DNA of 8,544 nt from a virus (IMGVR_UViG_648276648_000007:1-8544); one strand, 5' to 3'. Shown: positions 1 to 7,203, counted from the first letter of the stretch. Notes: generated by a model from the letters alone, not told the origin. Numbers and translations: made by a program.

Positions 1-429
1 CATAACAAACCCATTAAATTCACAATTATTCATGGCGTATCCGCCAGCTGAGGAATAAGTAGTTATCACAACTCGTGAGGCTAATTCATCGGTACTGCCT
101 CCAGATCGGCGAAAGACTATAGGATACCACTTACCGCTTACTGCATTTGCAGGCGCTGAAAAAGTGTATTTTCGCATCCCTTTTTTATTGTCTATTTCGC
201 TTTTGCTGTAAACGTCCAGATCTTTAGGAGTCAACGTAATGTCAGCCGAACCATCGAACCTGACGCCATTAATGTTTATGGCTGTTTTTAATTTCGTCGC
301 GGTGTCGGCGTTCCCTGTCAGCGCCCCGGTGATCCCGCCGTTGAAAGTCTGGCGCGCACTCCATGTGTTAGCCGTGCTCAACAGGGGGATCTTTTCACCG
401 CTGGTACCGAGTTCTCTTAAACCAAGGTT
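1..429 (-). CDS. Phage tail-fibre C-terminal variable cassette (Sv'-type), partial; 143 codons from the crossover site to the window edge, no start codon of its own
   Basis: Minus-strand translation from 429 down to 1 has no stop and reads NLGLRELGTSGEKIPLLSTANTWSARQTFNGGITGALTGNADTATKLKTAININGVRFDGSADITLTPKDLDVYSKSEIDNKKG..., a pattern I recognise from P1 S / Mu S / P2 H-type tail fibres. It begins at the inversion site beside the invertase. Absent from the ORF track because it has no ATG and leaves the window. Confidence 0.8.
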
Positions 430-437
430 TAGGATTG
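412..437. other. Site-specific inversion crossover site (cix/gix-like): 12-bp imperfect inverted repeats around a 2-bp core
   Basis: TTCTCTTAAACC-AA-GGTTTAGGATTG. The inner 6 bp of each arm (TAAACC / GGTTTA) are a perfect inverted repeat, 8 of 12 arm positions match, and the centre is an AA dinucleotide, as in Gin/Cin/Hin/Pin sites. It lies at the junction of the tail-fibre cassette and the invertase gene. Confidence 0.65.
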
Positions 438-989
438 AAATGATGACGCAGGAAACTTTTTATAAAGCGTGGAAACAGCAACATCATAGATGATTGCAAC
501 CTGCTTACGGGGGATGCCATTCTCCAGCAATCGACGCATTTGCTGCCATGTTTCTTCTTGGTATTTAGGCCGACGGCCTCCTATTCGACCTTCTGCGCGA
601 GCTGCATCAAGTCCAGCGCGTGTACGTTCAACGATAAGCTCACGTTCCATTTCTGCCAGCGCCCCCATTACGTGAAAGAAAAAGCGCCCCATTGGTGTAC
701 TGGTGTCGATGGAGTCAGTGAGACTCCGGAAGTTAATTCCTCTGTCACGCAGCTCCTCCACCAGCACAACCAAGTGACGCATGCTGCGCCCAAGACGATC
801 TAACTTCCATACGACCAGGGTGTCACCTCTGGAAAGCATACGCAAAACCTTTCTTAGCCCAGGGCGTTCAGCCTTTTTGCCGCTCGCCTTATCCTCAAAA
901 ATTAGCTCACATCCTGCGCTTTCAAGGGCATTTCGTTGTAAAGCAGTGTTTTGTTCATTTGTTGATACGCGTACATAGCCTATTAGCAT
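429..989 (-). CDS. cin: Serine recombinase, DNA invertase of the Cin/Gin/Pin/Hin family (186 aa)
   Basis: The ORF translation begins MLIGYVRVSTNEQNTALQRNAL and contains VVWKLDRLGRSMRHL, GINFRSLTDSIDTSTPMGRFFFHVMGALAEMERELI and C-terminal IPRKQVAIIYDVAVSTLYKKF, near-identical in pattern to Cin/Gin/Pin/Hin. Catalytic Ser is S9 in YVRVST. The symbol cin is chosen from the P1-like neighbourhood; pin or gin orthology cannot be excluded without alignment. Confidence 0.95.
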   Translation of the reverse strand: MLIGYVRVSTNEQNTALQRNALESAGCELIFEDKASGKKAERPGLRKVLRMLSRGDTLVVWKLDRLGRSMRHLVVLVEELRDRGINFRSLTDSIDTSTPMGRFFFHVMGALAEMERELIVERTRAGLDAARAEGRIGGRRPKYQEETWQQMRRLLENGIPRKQVAIIYDVAVSTLYKKFPASSFQS

Positions 990-1116
990 ATTTTCTGCTC
1001 ACTATCGTTATTTATAGCAAGCTGCGGATTTTAATTAACAAAAACCAGTATGTGTGGAAATCACAAAGTACATACCGTTTCCCAATGATATTTAATTCAC
1101 TATTAAGGAAATAGTT
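990..1116. promoter_or_regulatory. Divergent intergenic promoter region between the invertase gene (leftward) and the lyd/dar-type operon (rightward)
   Basis: 127 bp AT-rich spacer between two divergently oriented start codons; AGGA sits 7 nt upstream of the ATG at 1117. Exact -10/-35 elements were not assigned. Confidence 0.4.
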
Positions 1117-1398
1117 ATGTGTGATTTCACAATAATGCTCCTCTCCATCCTTGGCGGGGTGCATTCGTTTCTGAATGGGGTTCGTGAAAAACGTTACGAA
1201 GCGTCATGCAGGCAATTGATGGCCGAGTGTATTGCTGCCGTACTTGCAGGCTTTATAGGCATGTATTTCGCGGAATATAAGGGTATGGATGAAAGTCTTC
1301 AGAATTGCGTGACTATTATTTGCAGCATCAATAACAGGCTCATTCTTGAAAAGTTACAAAGGATTATCGATTCGCACCTCAATAGAAATGCCTCTTAA
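1117..1398 (+). CDS. Small two-TM membrane protein, holin-like (LydC-like position), 93 aa
   Basis: Two hydrophobic segments (IMLLSILGGVHSFL and IAAVLAGFIGMYF) followed by a charged C-terminal tail; AGGA RBS 7 nt upstream; same architecture as the next ORF. Confidence 0.6.
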   Translation: MCDFTIMLLSILGGVHSFLNGVREKRYEASCRQLMAECIAAVLAGFIGMYFAEYKGMDESLQNCVTIICSINNRLILEKLQRIIDSHLNRNAS

Positions 1399-1465
1399 GC
1401 AACAAATGACCGGTTGAGAAGTTACTTTGCATACCATTACCTCCTGACAACGTAGGAGGGAACTT

Positions 1466-1795
1466 GTGCTTGACACACAGGAATTAGCTCCAGTTGCTAT
1501 TGCGCTCCTGCTTTCAGTAATTGGTGGGATAGGCACGTTCCTGATGGATGTCCGAGACGGTCGCCAGTCTGGCAATTTGTTAGGATTGGTTACGGAGATC
1601 TTTGTTGCAGTGACAGCTGGCGCGGTGGCGTACCTATTGGGGCAACACGAGGGCTGGGAGTTATCAATTACGTACTTAATGGTAACGATAGCCAGCAATA
1701 ACGGTCATGAGGTGATTTCAGGGATGAAACGAGTGAATATCGATAGCATTCTGAATGTTCTTACAAGTTTGGTGAAAAAGGGAGGCGGGAAATGA
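1466..1795 (+). CDS. lydA: Two-TM holin-like protein (LydA-type), 109 aa, GTG start
   Basis: Strong RBS AGGAGG at 1454-1459, 6 nt before GTG at 1466. Two TM segments (LAPVAIALLLSVIGGIGTFLMDV and IFVAVTAGAVAYLLG) separated by a short charged loop. The symbol rests on position next to cin and on size, as I recall the P1 order cin-lydC-lydA-lydB. Confidence 0.6.
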   Translation: MLDTQELAPVAIALLLSVIGGIGTFLMDVRDGRQSGNLLGLVTEIFVAVTAGAVAYLLGQHEGWELSITYLMVTIASNNGHEVISGMKRVNIDSILNVLTSLVKKGGGK

Positions 1796-2235
1796 TTGGC
1801 TGGGGTGTATGCGTTCTTGCGTTAGCCTTAGCCGATCGCTATTTGCTAAAACGCAAGGACATCACGCACTTAGAACTTGGTGATGTGGAAATTAAACCGG
1901 GTTTCATCCGGGTGCCGTTCAAATACCGGTCTAAATTCCCGTTTTTGCGCGGCGCAACGGTCAGATATTGGATCCGCGATGTTCAGAAGCCGACGACAGT
2001 GATTGAAGGCGAACAACGTTGTCTGACGTCGGCTGAACAGGGCGAAAACAGTGAATGGTTGTACATACCCACTGAATATATGGGTAAAGGAGAGCGACTG
2101 TGGCATTTCAACGTCATGGTTACGCATGGCGACTCGTTCATTAACCCGTTGTATCGGATTTTCCCTGTTACTCAGCAAATCCGCAGAAGTTACGTAATAA
2201 ATCTCGCACAGGATGTGTCAGATGACGAAAAATAA
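1792..2235 (+). CDS. lydB: 147-aa protein with N-terminal hydrophobic anchor or signal sequence, candidate antiholin (LydB-like)
   Basis: ATG at 1792 overlaps the stop of the previous gene (ATGA coupling); GGAGG RBS at 1781-1785; N-terminus MIGWGVCVLALALA is hydrophobic. Assignment is by synteny and size only. Confidence 0.5.
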   Translation: MIGWGVCVLALALADRYLLKRKDITHLELGDVEIKPGFIRVPFKYRSKFPFLRGATVRYWIRDVQKPTTVIEGEQRCLTSAEQGENSEWLYIPTEYMGKGERLWHFNVMVTHGDSFINPLYRIFPVTQQIRRSYVINLAQDVSDDEK

Positions 2236-2824
2236 GTATGCAACGGTCGATTTTGACCAGGTTAATGAAAAGGGGCTGAAATCCCTTATCGCGGCGATCA
2301 ATAAAACCGGGGTTACGGTAATTGAGGTTGACTCCAGCAACCGCGCAACAACGAAAGATGGCGTTAAAGTTAAAACCGCAAAGCTGGTTCTTAACGACGG
2401 ACAAATTCTTGCCATACAGGTAAACGATACTGGCGATATATCGTCTGTGAAGCTGAATGGAAAAGCTATTCCTAACGCTCAGTCGCCGGATATCAAGACG
2501 CTTGGTACCGTCATGGGGCAAGCGGCCAGCAAAAACTCCGCAAAATTCCAGAAATCACTGATCGCCAAAGCGAAACGTGTTGCCAATCCGGTAGACAAGA
2601 AACCGGCAGTAAAATCCAACTTTCAGCGCCTGCAAGAGGCAAAACAGCGGAATGCTCAGGTGGTTGCCGCTTATAAGTCCGCGCAGAATTCGGTGTCTTT
2701 CAATCAACAGCAGATCACTGATTTGCGGGCGAAGCTGGATACGGAGACGGGCCGACTCAATAACGAAAAGGCACGGAATGGCGAACTCAAACGTCGTCTT
2801 AAGCAACTGAAAGCAGGAAATTAA
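2213..2824 (+). CDS. hdf: Hdf-like protein (homolog of DarA fragment), about 200 aa
   Basis: Overlaps the end of the upstream gene. Carries the block ...LNDGQILAIQV...KNSAKFQK followed by a Lys/Gln-rich coiled-coil tail, which recurs in the next, larger gene. An alternative start at ATG 2222 has better spacing to AGGA at 2209-2212. Confidence 0.7.
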   Translation: MCQMTKNKYATVDFDQVNEKGLKSLIAAINKTGVTVIEVDSSNRATTKDGVKVKTAKLVLNDGQILAIQVNDTGDISSVKLNGKAIPNAQSPDIKTLGTVMGQAASKNSAKFQKSLIAKAKRVANPVDKKPAVKSNFQRLQEAKQRNAQVVAAYKSAQNSVSFNQQQITDLRAKLDTETGRLNNEKARNGELKRRLKQLKAGN

Positions 2825-2825
2825 C

Positions 2826-4745
2826 ATGGAACAGTTCAATATCAATAAAGGGGTGACGATCAAGCCTGGGCTTGACGTACTTCCCCCGCCAGTGACTGAT
2901 GATGAATATCGCGCATTAATGGCCGGAGAGGACCGCTATCTGATGACGGAATCCAACACCCTGGAGGAAATCGAGGCTACGTTCTTCTATGACACGCCGA
3001 TCCACTGGTGTGCTACGGATTTACTGGAGGCGATTAGTTCTACTCGTTTGCAGTTACACCGGACCATGCAGGCATTTGTCCGGGCATTGAACCAGAAGCT
3101 GAATGGTACCGGAATCTCTGCGGGGAGTGATAAAACGGGGGATGTGGCCCAGAGCGGCGCGCGAGCGATCGGCGGCGCTGAAATTGGCCGGGCACGTAAC
3201 GTTAACGGGCTGCCGGTCCTGCCAGCCATTATCCCGCTCAGTGATGGTCAGACTATCAGCATTCTGTTTCATAGCCCGACAGCGGAAAACCGGATCACCA
3301 ATAGCGATACGCTGGTTGCTTTCCAGTTCTTACTGAATAAAAAAGACGTTACTCACACCGTTGCTCCGATGAGTGGACGTGATATGACGCTGGCGCAGGT
3401 CACCATGAAACTTGCCAACCTTGCAGAGAAAAACTCGGCAAAATTCCAGCGTGCGCAGAAGAAGAAAAAAGCCCTGGTTGATGAAATAACCCAACTACAG
3501 GCTGACAGTGACCAGAAAGAGGATGCCATGAGCGACCTCGCGGATCAGGTGGCAGCGGTAGAAGGCCAGAAGGCAGATCTGGAGCAGAAAATTAACGCAG
3601 TTGCTTCGGAAGCGGATTCTCTTTATCAAGAAAATGAGCGTTTGCAGGCGGAGATTGATCAGCTCAATCGCACTGGTGGGCGCGATACCATTGCTCCAGC
3701 GGGGATGACTGGTGGGCACTCTCTCGCGCTGACGGATCGCCTTGCCAGTATCAAAAATCGTATGCATATGGACGGGGAAGCGACGCTCAGTAATGGTGCA
3801 TTAATGAAGCAATTCATTGGGGACGGCGAAGGGTATATCCAGTTAACCGATCCGGATGGCAGCGTGTACATGATCAAGGCTAAATCCATACAGGGTGTGG
3901 ACATGACAGATGCGATCGGCAAGCTGTTTAAAGCCTATAAAGCGGGTAATGTATCGGAATATCTGGTCCAACCAGAAGAACCTAAACCGGAAAACGTCGA
4001 ACCTGAACCAGTGGAGGATACCGGCAGCTCTTCGCCTGAACCAGAAGTCTCTGTAGGCGCATATCGATATGCCCTGCAAATGCGTCCGGCGGCCCCTGGC
4101 GCGATACCTGAAGGTAACAAAGCAATTCTGCCGCGCCCTGATAAAGGTGACCCGTATTATGAATACGCGCGCTACGGCATTGTTACTTACGATACCCCGC
4201 TTTCTGATCAGCAAATGAGTGAGTACGACCTGAAGTTATTGCCTCGCGAGGATTCTTTCGACTTCCTGGCGAAGACACTTACTAATGGTCCGTTTGGCAA
4301 ATATGCACAAAAAGCTCTGGAGCTGGCCACCAGCTCACCAGACGAGTTCCGCGTAATGCTGAAAACTCAGTTTCAAAAAACTTTCCCCAATATTGCGTTT
4401 CCGGGGGGCGCTGGCACCGAGAAAATGGTGCAGAGCATGATCAATGCATTGCAGGCCGAAGTCGGTGAGATTACTCAGCCAGAACCGGCCCCGGCACAGC
4501 CTGATGAAACGGTTAGCGAAGCAGATGCAGAGGCTAATAAAGCCATTGAATATCTCAATAGCGTGATGGATATGCAAAGCACTGACATGGCGGAGATCCG
4601 TAATGCCCGGGGTAATGCCCGGGAAGCGATTGCAGCCCTTCAGGCTGCCGGGCGTTTTGAGGAAAACGAAGAGCTGGTTAATGGCGCTGCTCGCCACCTG
4701 GCTGATCTGCTGGTAGCAATCCAGAAAGCGGGGGTAGTGGCATGA
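2826..4745 (+). CDS. darA: DarA-like capsid-associated anti-restriction protein, 639 aa
   Basis: Starts 1 nt after the hdf-like stop with AGGA 7 nt upstream. Multi-domain: N-terminal region, the Hdf-shared block around KNSAKFQR (nt 3429-3449), a long coiled coil (about nt 3450-3670) and two Pro/Glu-rich linkers. Size and position match what I recall for P1 DarA. Confidence 0.7.
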   Translation: MEQFNINKGVTIKPGLDVLPPPVTDDEYRALMAGEDRYLMTESNTLEEIEATFFYDTPIHWCATDLLEAISSTRLQLHRTMQAFVRALNQKLNGTGISAGSDKTGDVAQSGARAIGGAEIGRARNVNGLPVLPAIIPLSDGQTISILFHSPTAENRITNSDTLVAFQFLLNKKDVTHTVAPMSGRDMTLAQVTMKLANLAEKNSAKFQRAQKKKKALVDEITQLQADSDQKEDAMSDLADQVAAVEGQKADLEQKINAVASEADSLYQENERLQAEIDQLNRTGGRDTIAPAGMTGGHSLALTDRLASIKNRMHMDGEATLSNGALMKQFIGDGEGYIQLTDPDGSVYMIKAKSIQGVDMTDAIGKLFKAYKAGNVSEYLVQPEEPKPENVEPEPVEDTGSSSPEPEVSVGAYRYALQMRPAAPGAIPEGNKAILPRPDKGDPYYEYARYGIVTYDTPLSDQQMSEYDLKLLPREDSFDFLAKTLTNGPFGKYAQKALELATSSPDEFRVMLKTQFQKTFPNIAFPGGAGTEKMVQSMINALQAEVGEITQPEPAPAQPDETVSEADAEANKAIEYLNSVMDMQSTDMAEIRNARGNAREAIAALQAAGRFEENEELVNGAARHLADLLVAIQKAGVVA

Positions 4746-5107
4746 CACTATCAGCTATTGAGTTAATGGATCTCAGCGATAAGTTGGATGCTCTGATGTC
4801 CAAAGCGGCGACCGCGAGTGGCATGGAGTTGCTGGATATCAGCGATGAAATTGACCAGATCATGCAACAGATGGGGTACGGCGCATCCGGCAGCGGTAGT
4901 GGCGAGGAAAAACAACCTTCGGTGCATGATGGTGTGCCAAAACTGGTTGCTGATTTCCTGGCTGATAAATTCGTCGATCAGAGCACCGATGCATTTATCG
5001 GTACGTTGCAGGACTTAAGTCAATATGTTGGCACATACATCGACCTGGACCAGGTTAAACAGCACACGGCGGCATGGATAGCCGCCAACATTAAAGAGGC
5101 GGTATAA
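4742..5107 (+). CDS. ddrA: Small acidic protein, DdrA-like, 121 aa
   Basis: ATGA start/stop overlap with the darA-like gene; Asp/Glu-rich with a GASGSGSGEE linker; size and position match my recollection of P1 ddrA. Confidence 0.6.
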   Translation: MTLSAIELMDLSDKLDALMSKAATASGMELLDISDEIDQIMQQMGYGASGSGSGEEKQPSVHDGVPKLVADFLADKFVDQSTDAFIGTLQDLSQYVGTYIDLDQVKQHTAAWIAANIKEAV

Positions 5108-5119
5108 GGCGTAACAGGG

Positions 5120-6808
5120 ATGAGTTTAAACGATCAGATAGTTATGGCCACCAGCAGCGGATACAACGGTGTTGCGCCATATACCAGCTTGCTATTACAT
5201 CGGGCATCCGGCATCAAAGACATTATTCATCTGATCAGGCTGCTTTCCCGAACAGATCCCCAGGATGAACAGCTTGTACAAGTGCTTGCGCATTTTGTTC
5301 GAATGCCTGTTGCCGACGTGAATAAATGGTGCCGATTATTCGGTATCAGCAATTCGTTACTTCGCGGCTTGTTAAATCACGCATCCTCCCTTGGGCGCGA
5401 TGGCTTTGACGAGATAGCGCAGGCGATAAAAAACGGAGATATGCCACCAGCTATTGACTGGTTTTCCATTCGCCCAACCAGGGTGAAAGCATTCCTTAGC
5501 GCGGCGCATTCGGCATCACCATTGGCAGAAATGGTTCAGAGGTTGTCGCTCATATTCACAGACCATACCGCGTTGGGTGATCTGACTCTGGACGAGATGA
5601 AAGAAGCCTCCATTCAGTGGGCCGATCAACAAAATGAGGTTAACTCAGACTTCTTGCCAGCATTCAGGAAGGCCGTTATTAAAGCGGATGATGCCCGTGG
5701 AATTCTGAAGGCATTTAAGGCATTGCAAAGTCGGGTTAATAAACATGTCGGTGATATCGATGGGGTAACGGCGGAAGGCAGGGATATCCTTAAAGAGCAC
5801 GGCATAACGCCAGAGTTTATTGATGAGATCAGGACTGATATGCAGCGTGAGGTCGTATCGTCCCTGCAAATTGTAGCCAGAGCGTTGGCGGATGCTAATC
5901 CGAAGAGTGCGGCCATTGTTAACCGGGTTATTGGTGATATTGAAGCATCGGAGGGCATGGGGGCGCTGAAACTCTTCCTTTCGCGAGCGTTTAATCCTAA
6001 CGGCAATATTCTCCCTGGCATTATTGGTGAGGCTAAAAGGTATGTCAGTGAAGAAGAACTTGAGCAGCTTGACCAACTACTTAAGCGATTCTCATATAAC
6101 CCGCAGACACGCTGGCAAATGAATCAGCGAAGAATGGGTTCGGTCCACGAGAAAGTGTTATCTGCCATGAACAGTGCGATCGCAAACTCATCCGTATCTG
6201 AAGAAAAAGCTCTTGAGTGGGCCGACTCTTTTATCACGGAAGAAGTGGAAGAAGCCCGCGCTGGACAGAATGGTGGGATAGACCTGCGCAAGGAACTTGC
6301 TGATATTTATCGCCTGACCGGCGGTAAAATTTCGACCTTATCAAAGGTGGTTCACCACCAGGGAAGGGCATATGCAAATCTTAATGGTGTTGTTGCTGTC
6401 AATTTGAACGATGAAAATGCAAGTGCACTGTGGCACGAGCTGGGTCATCATCTTGAGTACAGTAACCCTGGTTTGTTAGAGAAAGCCCGGTCATTCCTGA
6501 AGGCCAATGTTGAAGGGGATAAGCCATCTTTCGTTAATATCGGTGGGCGTGGCAAGCCTGAATGGTGCTTCAGATCTCGATTGAGTAATATTTATATGGC
6601 GAAGGTATACCCGCCAGCCTCAGTAAGTAACACCGGGAAAATTCGGCAGAAATCACCGACTATTTCCAAAACGTCAGCAACGGAAGTATTCTCTATGGCT
6701 CTTCAGTTGTATCATGACAAAGAGGCCGCTGCCGCATCACTGATGAATGGTGACGGATTGCTGGAACTGTTATTAGGTGTGGCAAAGGAGCTAAATAATG
6801 CAGATTAA
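5120..6808 (+). CDS. Uncharacterised 562-aa protein with a single HExxH zincin-type motif (HELGH, residues 439-443); occupies the ddrB position
   Basis: Long clean ORF in the operon's codon context; WHELGHHLEY is encoded at nt 6431-6460; the rest is largely helical and charged. I cannot confirm similarity to P1 DdrB from memory, and I recall DdrB as considerably larger. Confidence 0.85.
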   Translation: MSLNDQIVMATSSGYNGVAPYTSLLLHRASGIKDIIHLIRLLSRTDPQDEQLVQVLAHFVRMPVADVNKWCRLFGISNSLLRGLLNHASSLGRDGFDEIAQAIKNGDMPPAIDWFSIRPTRVKAFLSAAHSASPLAEMVQRLSLIFTDHTALGDLTLDEMKEASIQWADQQNEVNSDFLPAFRKAVIKADDARGILKAFKALQSRVNKHVGDIDGVTAEGRDILKEHGITPEFIDEIRTDMQREVVSSLQIVARALADANPKSAAIVNRVIGDIEASEGMGALKLFLSRAFNPNGNILPGIIGEAKRYVSEEELEQLDQLLKRFSYNPQTRWQMNQRRMGSVHEKVLSAMNSAIANSSVSEEKALEWADSFITEEVEEARAGQNGGIDLRKELADIYRLTGGKISTLSKVVHHQGRAYANLNGVVAVNLNDENASALWHELGHHLEYSNPGLLEKARSFLKANVEGDKPSFVNIGGRGKPEWCFRSRLSNIYMAKVYPPASVSNTGKIRQKSPTISKTSATEVFSMALQLYHDKEAAAASLMNGDGLLELLLGVAKELNNAD

Positions 6809-7109
6809 AATCGCAGCGCCATTAGGCGGAGATGCCATTATCGAATTTGATGATAATGAAGAAGTTTCCGGGCGTTTAAGCATTATCTCCGGTGACATTA
6901 CCGAGGACATGATCGCTGAAGCCATAGCTGGGGCAAATCCCAATAGCTATATGGGATTCGTTAACACCCTTGATGCTCCCGCAAGTGATGTTCTCCGAAC
7001 GCTGCATCTTTACGCTGGCTGGTTTGTTGATTGGCCAGCAGTAGATGGTGGCGATGATGACGACGACGATGATGATTTTGGTGATCATGTAGACCAGATC
7101 GTATATTAA
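6798..7109 (+). CDS. Small, very acidic protein, 103 aa, with a C-terminal run of eight Asp
   Basis: AGGAG RBS at 6786-6790, 7 nt before the ATG; overlaps the end of the 562-aa gene by 11 nt; eight consecutive Asp codons at 7053-7076; roughly 25 acidic against 3 Lys/Arg residues. Confidence 0.8.
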   Translation: MQIKIAAPLGGDAIIEFDDNEEVSGRLSIISGDITEDMIAEAIAGANPNSYMGFVNTLDAPASDVLRTLHLYAGWFVDWPAVDGGDDDDDDDDFGDHVDQIVY

Positions 7110-7175
7110 CTCCCTGATTGTGCAAAAATAATCTGTTCTGATATGTTAATTGTGTACTTAAAGTAAACGCGTAGT

Positions 7176-7203
7176 GGCTTGCTTTAGGTTATGGAAGCAA
7201 GCC
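7176..7203 (+). terminator. Perfect 9-bp stem / 10-nt loop hairpin 67 nt downstream of the operon's last stop codon; possible terminator
   Basis: GGCTTGCTT-taggttatgg-AAGCAAGCC. It is not followed by a clean T-run, so intrinsic terminator function is uncertain. Confidence 0.3.

Noticed and set aside
239-493. 84-aa plus-strand ORF
   Set aside because: Antisense to the clearly coding tail-fibre cassette and running across the crossover site into the invertase 3' end; no RBS and no protein-like features. Shadow ORF.
490-978. Three plus-strand ORFs (490-675, 540-803, 781-978)
   Set aside because: All lie antisense within the strongly supported invertase gene, with low-complexity Ser/Arg/Pro-rich translations. 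Shadow ORFs.
1051-1065. TGTG-N7-CACA inverted repeat in the invertase/operon intergenic region, considered as a CRP-like operator
   Set aside because: Arms are only 4 bp and the spacing is wrong for CRP; too weak to call.
1117-2235. Reading the first three operon genes as a complete lysis cassette (holin-endolysin-spanin)
   Set aside because: No lysozyme or endopeptidase catalytic signature, and the third protein is not coiled-coil like an Rz spanin; a holin/antiholin-type set without an endolysin fits better.
1354-6076. Many minus-strand ORFs inside the operon (e.g. 1354-1698, 1870-2178, 2168-2521, 2555-2863, 2987-3272, 3495-4214, 4335-4863, 5626-6076) and out-of-frame plus-strand ORFs (3103-3336, 4818-5018)
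   Set aside because: Each is embedded in a longer, RBS-supported, translationally coupled plus-strand gene; their translations are Arg/Ser/Cys-rich and lack domain-like features. Treated as non-coding shadows.
6876-7088. 70-aa minus-strand ORF
   Set aside because: Antisense to the poly-Asp gene; its Ile/Val-rich run is just the complement of the GAT/GAC repeats.
5120-7109. Calling the 562-aa / 103-aa pair a toxin-antitoxin system
   Set aside because: Nothing beyond the large/small gene pairing and the acidic partner supports it; the operon context favours packaged anti-defence proteins, so it is reported as an open candidate instead.
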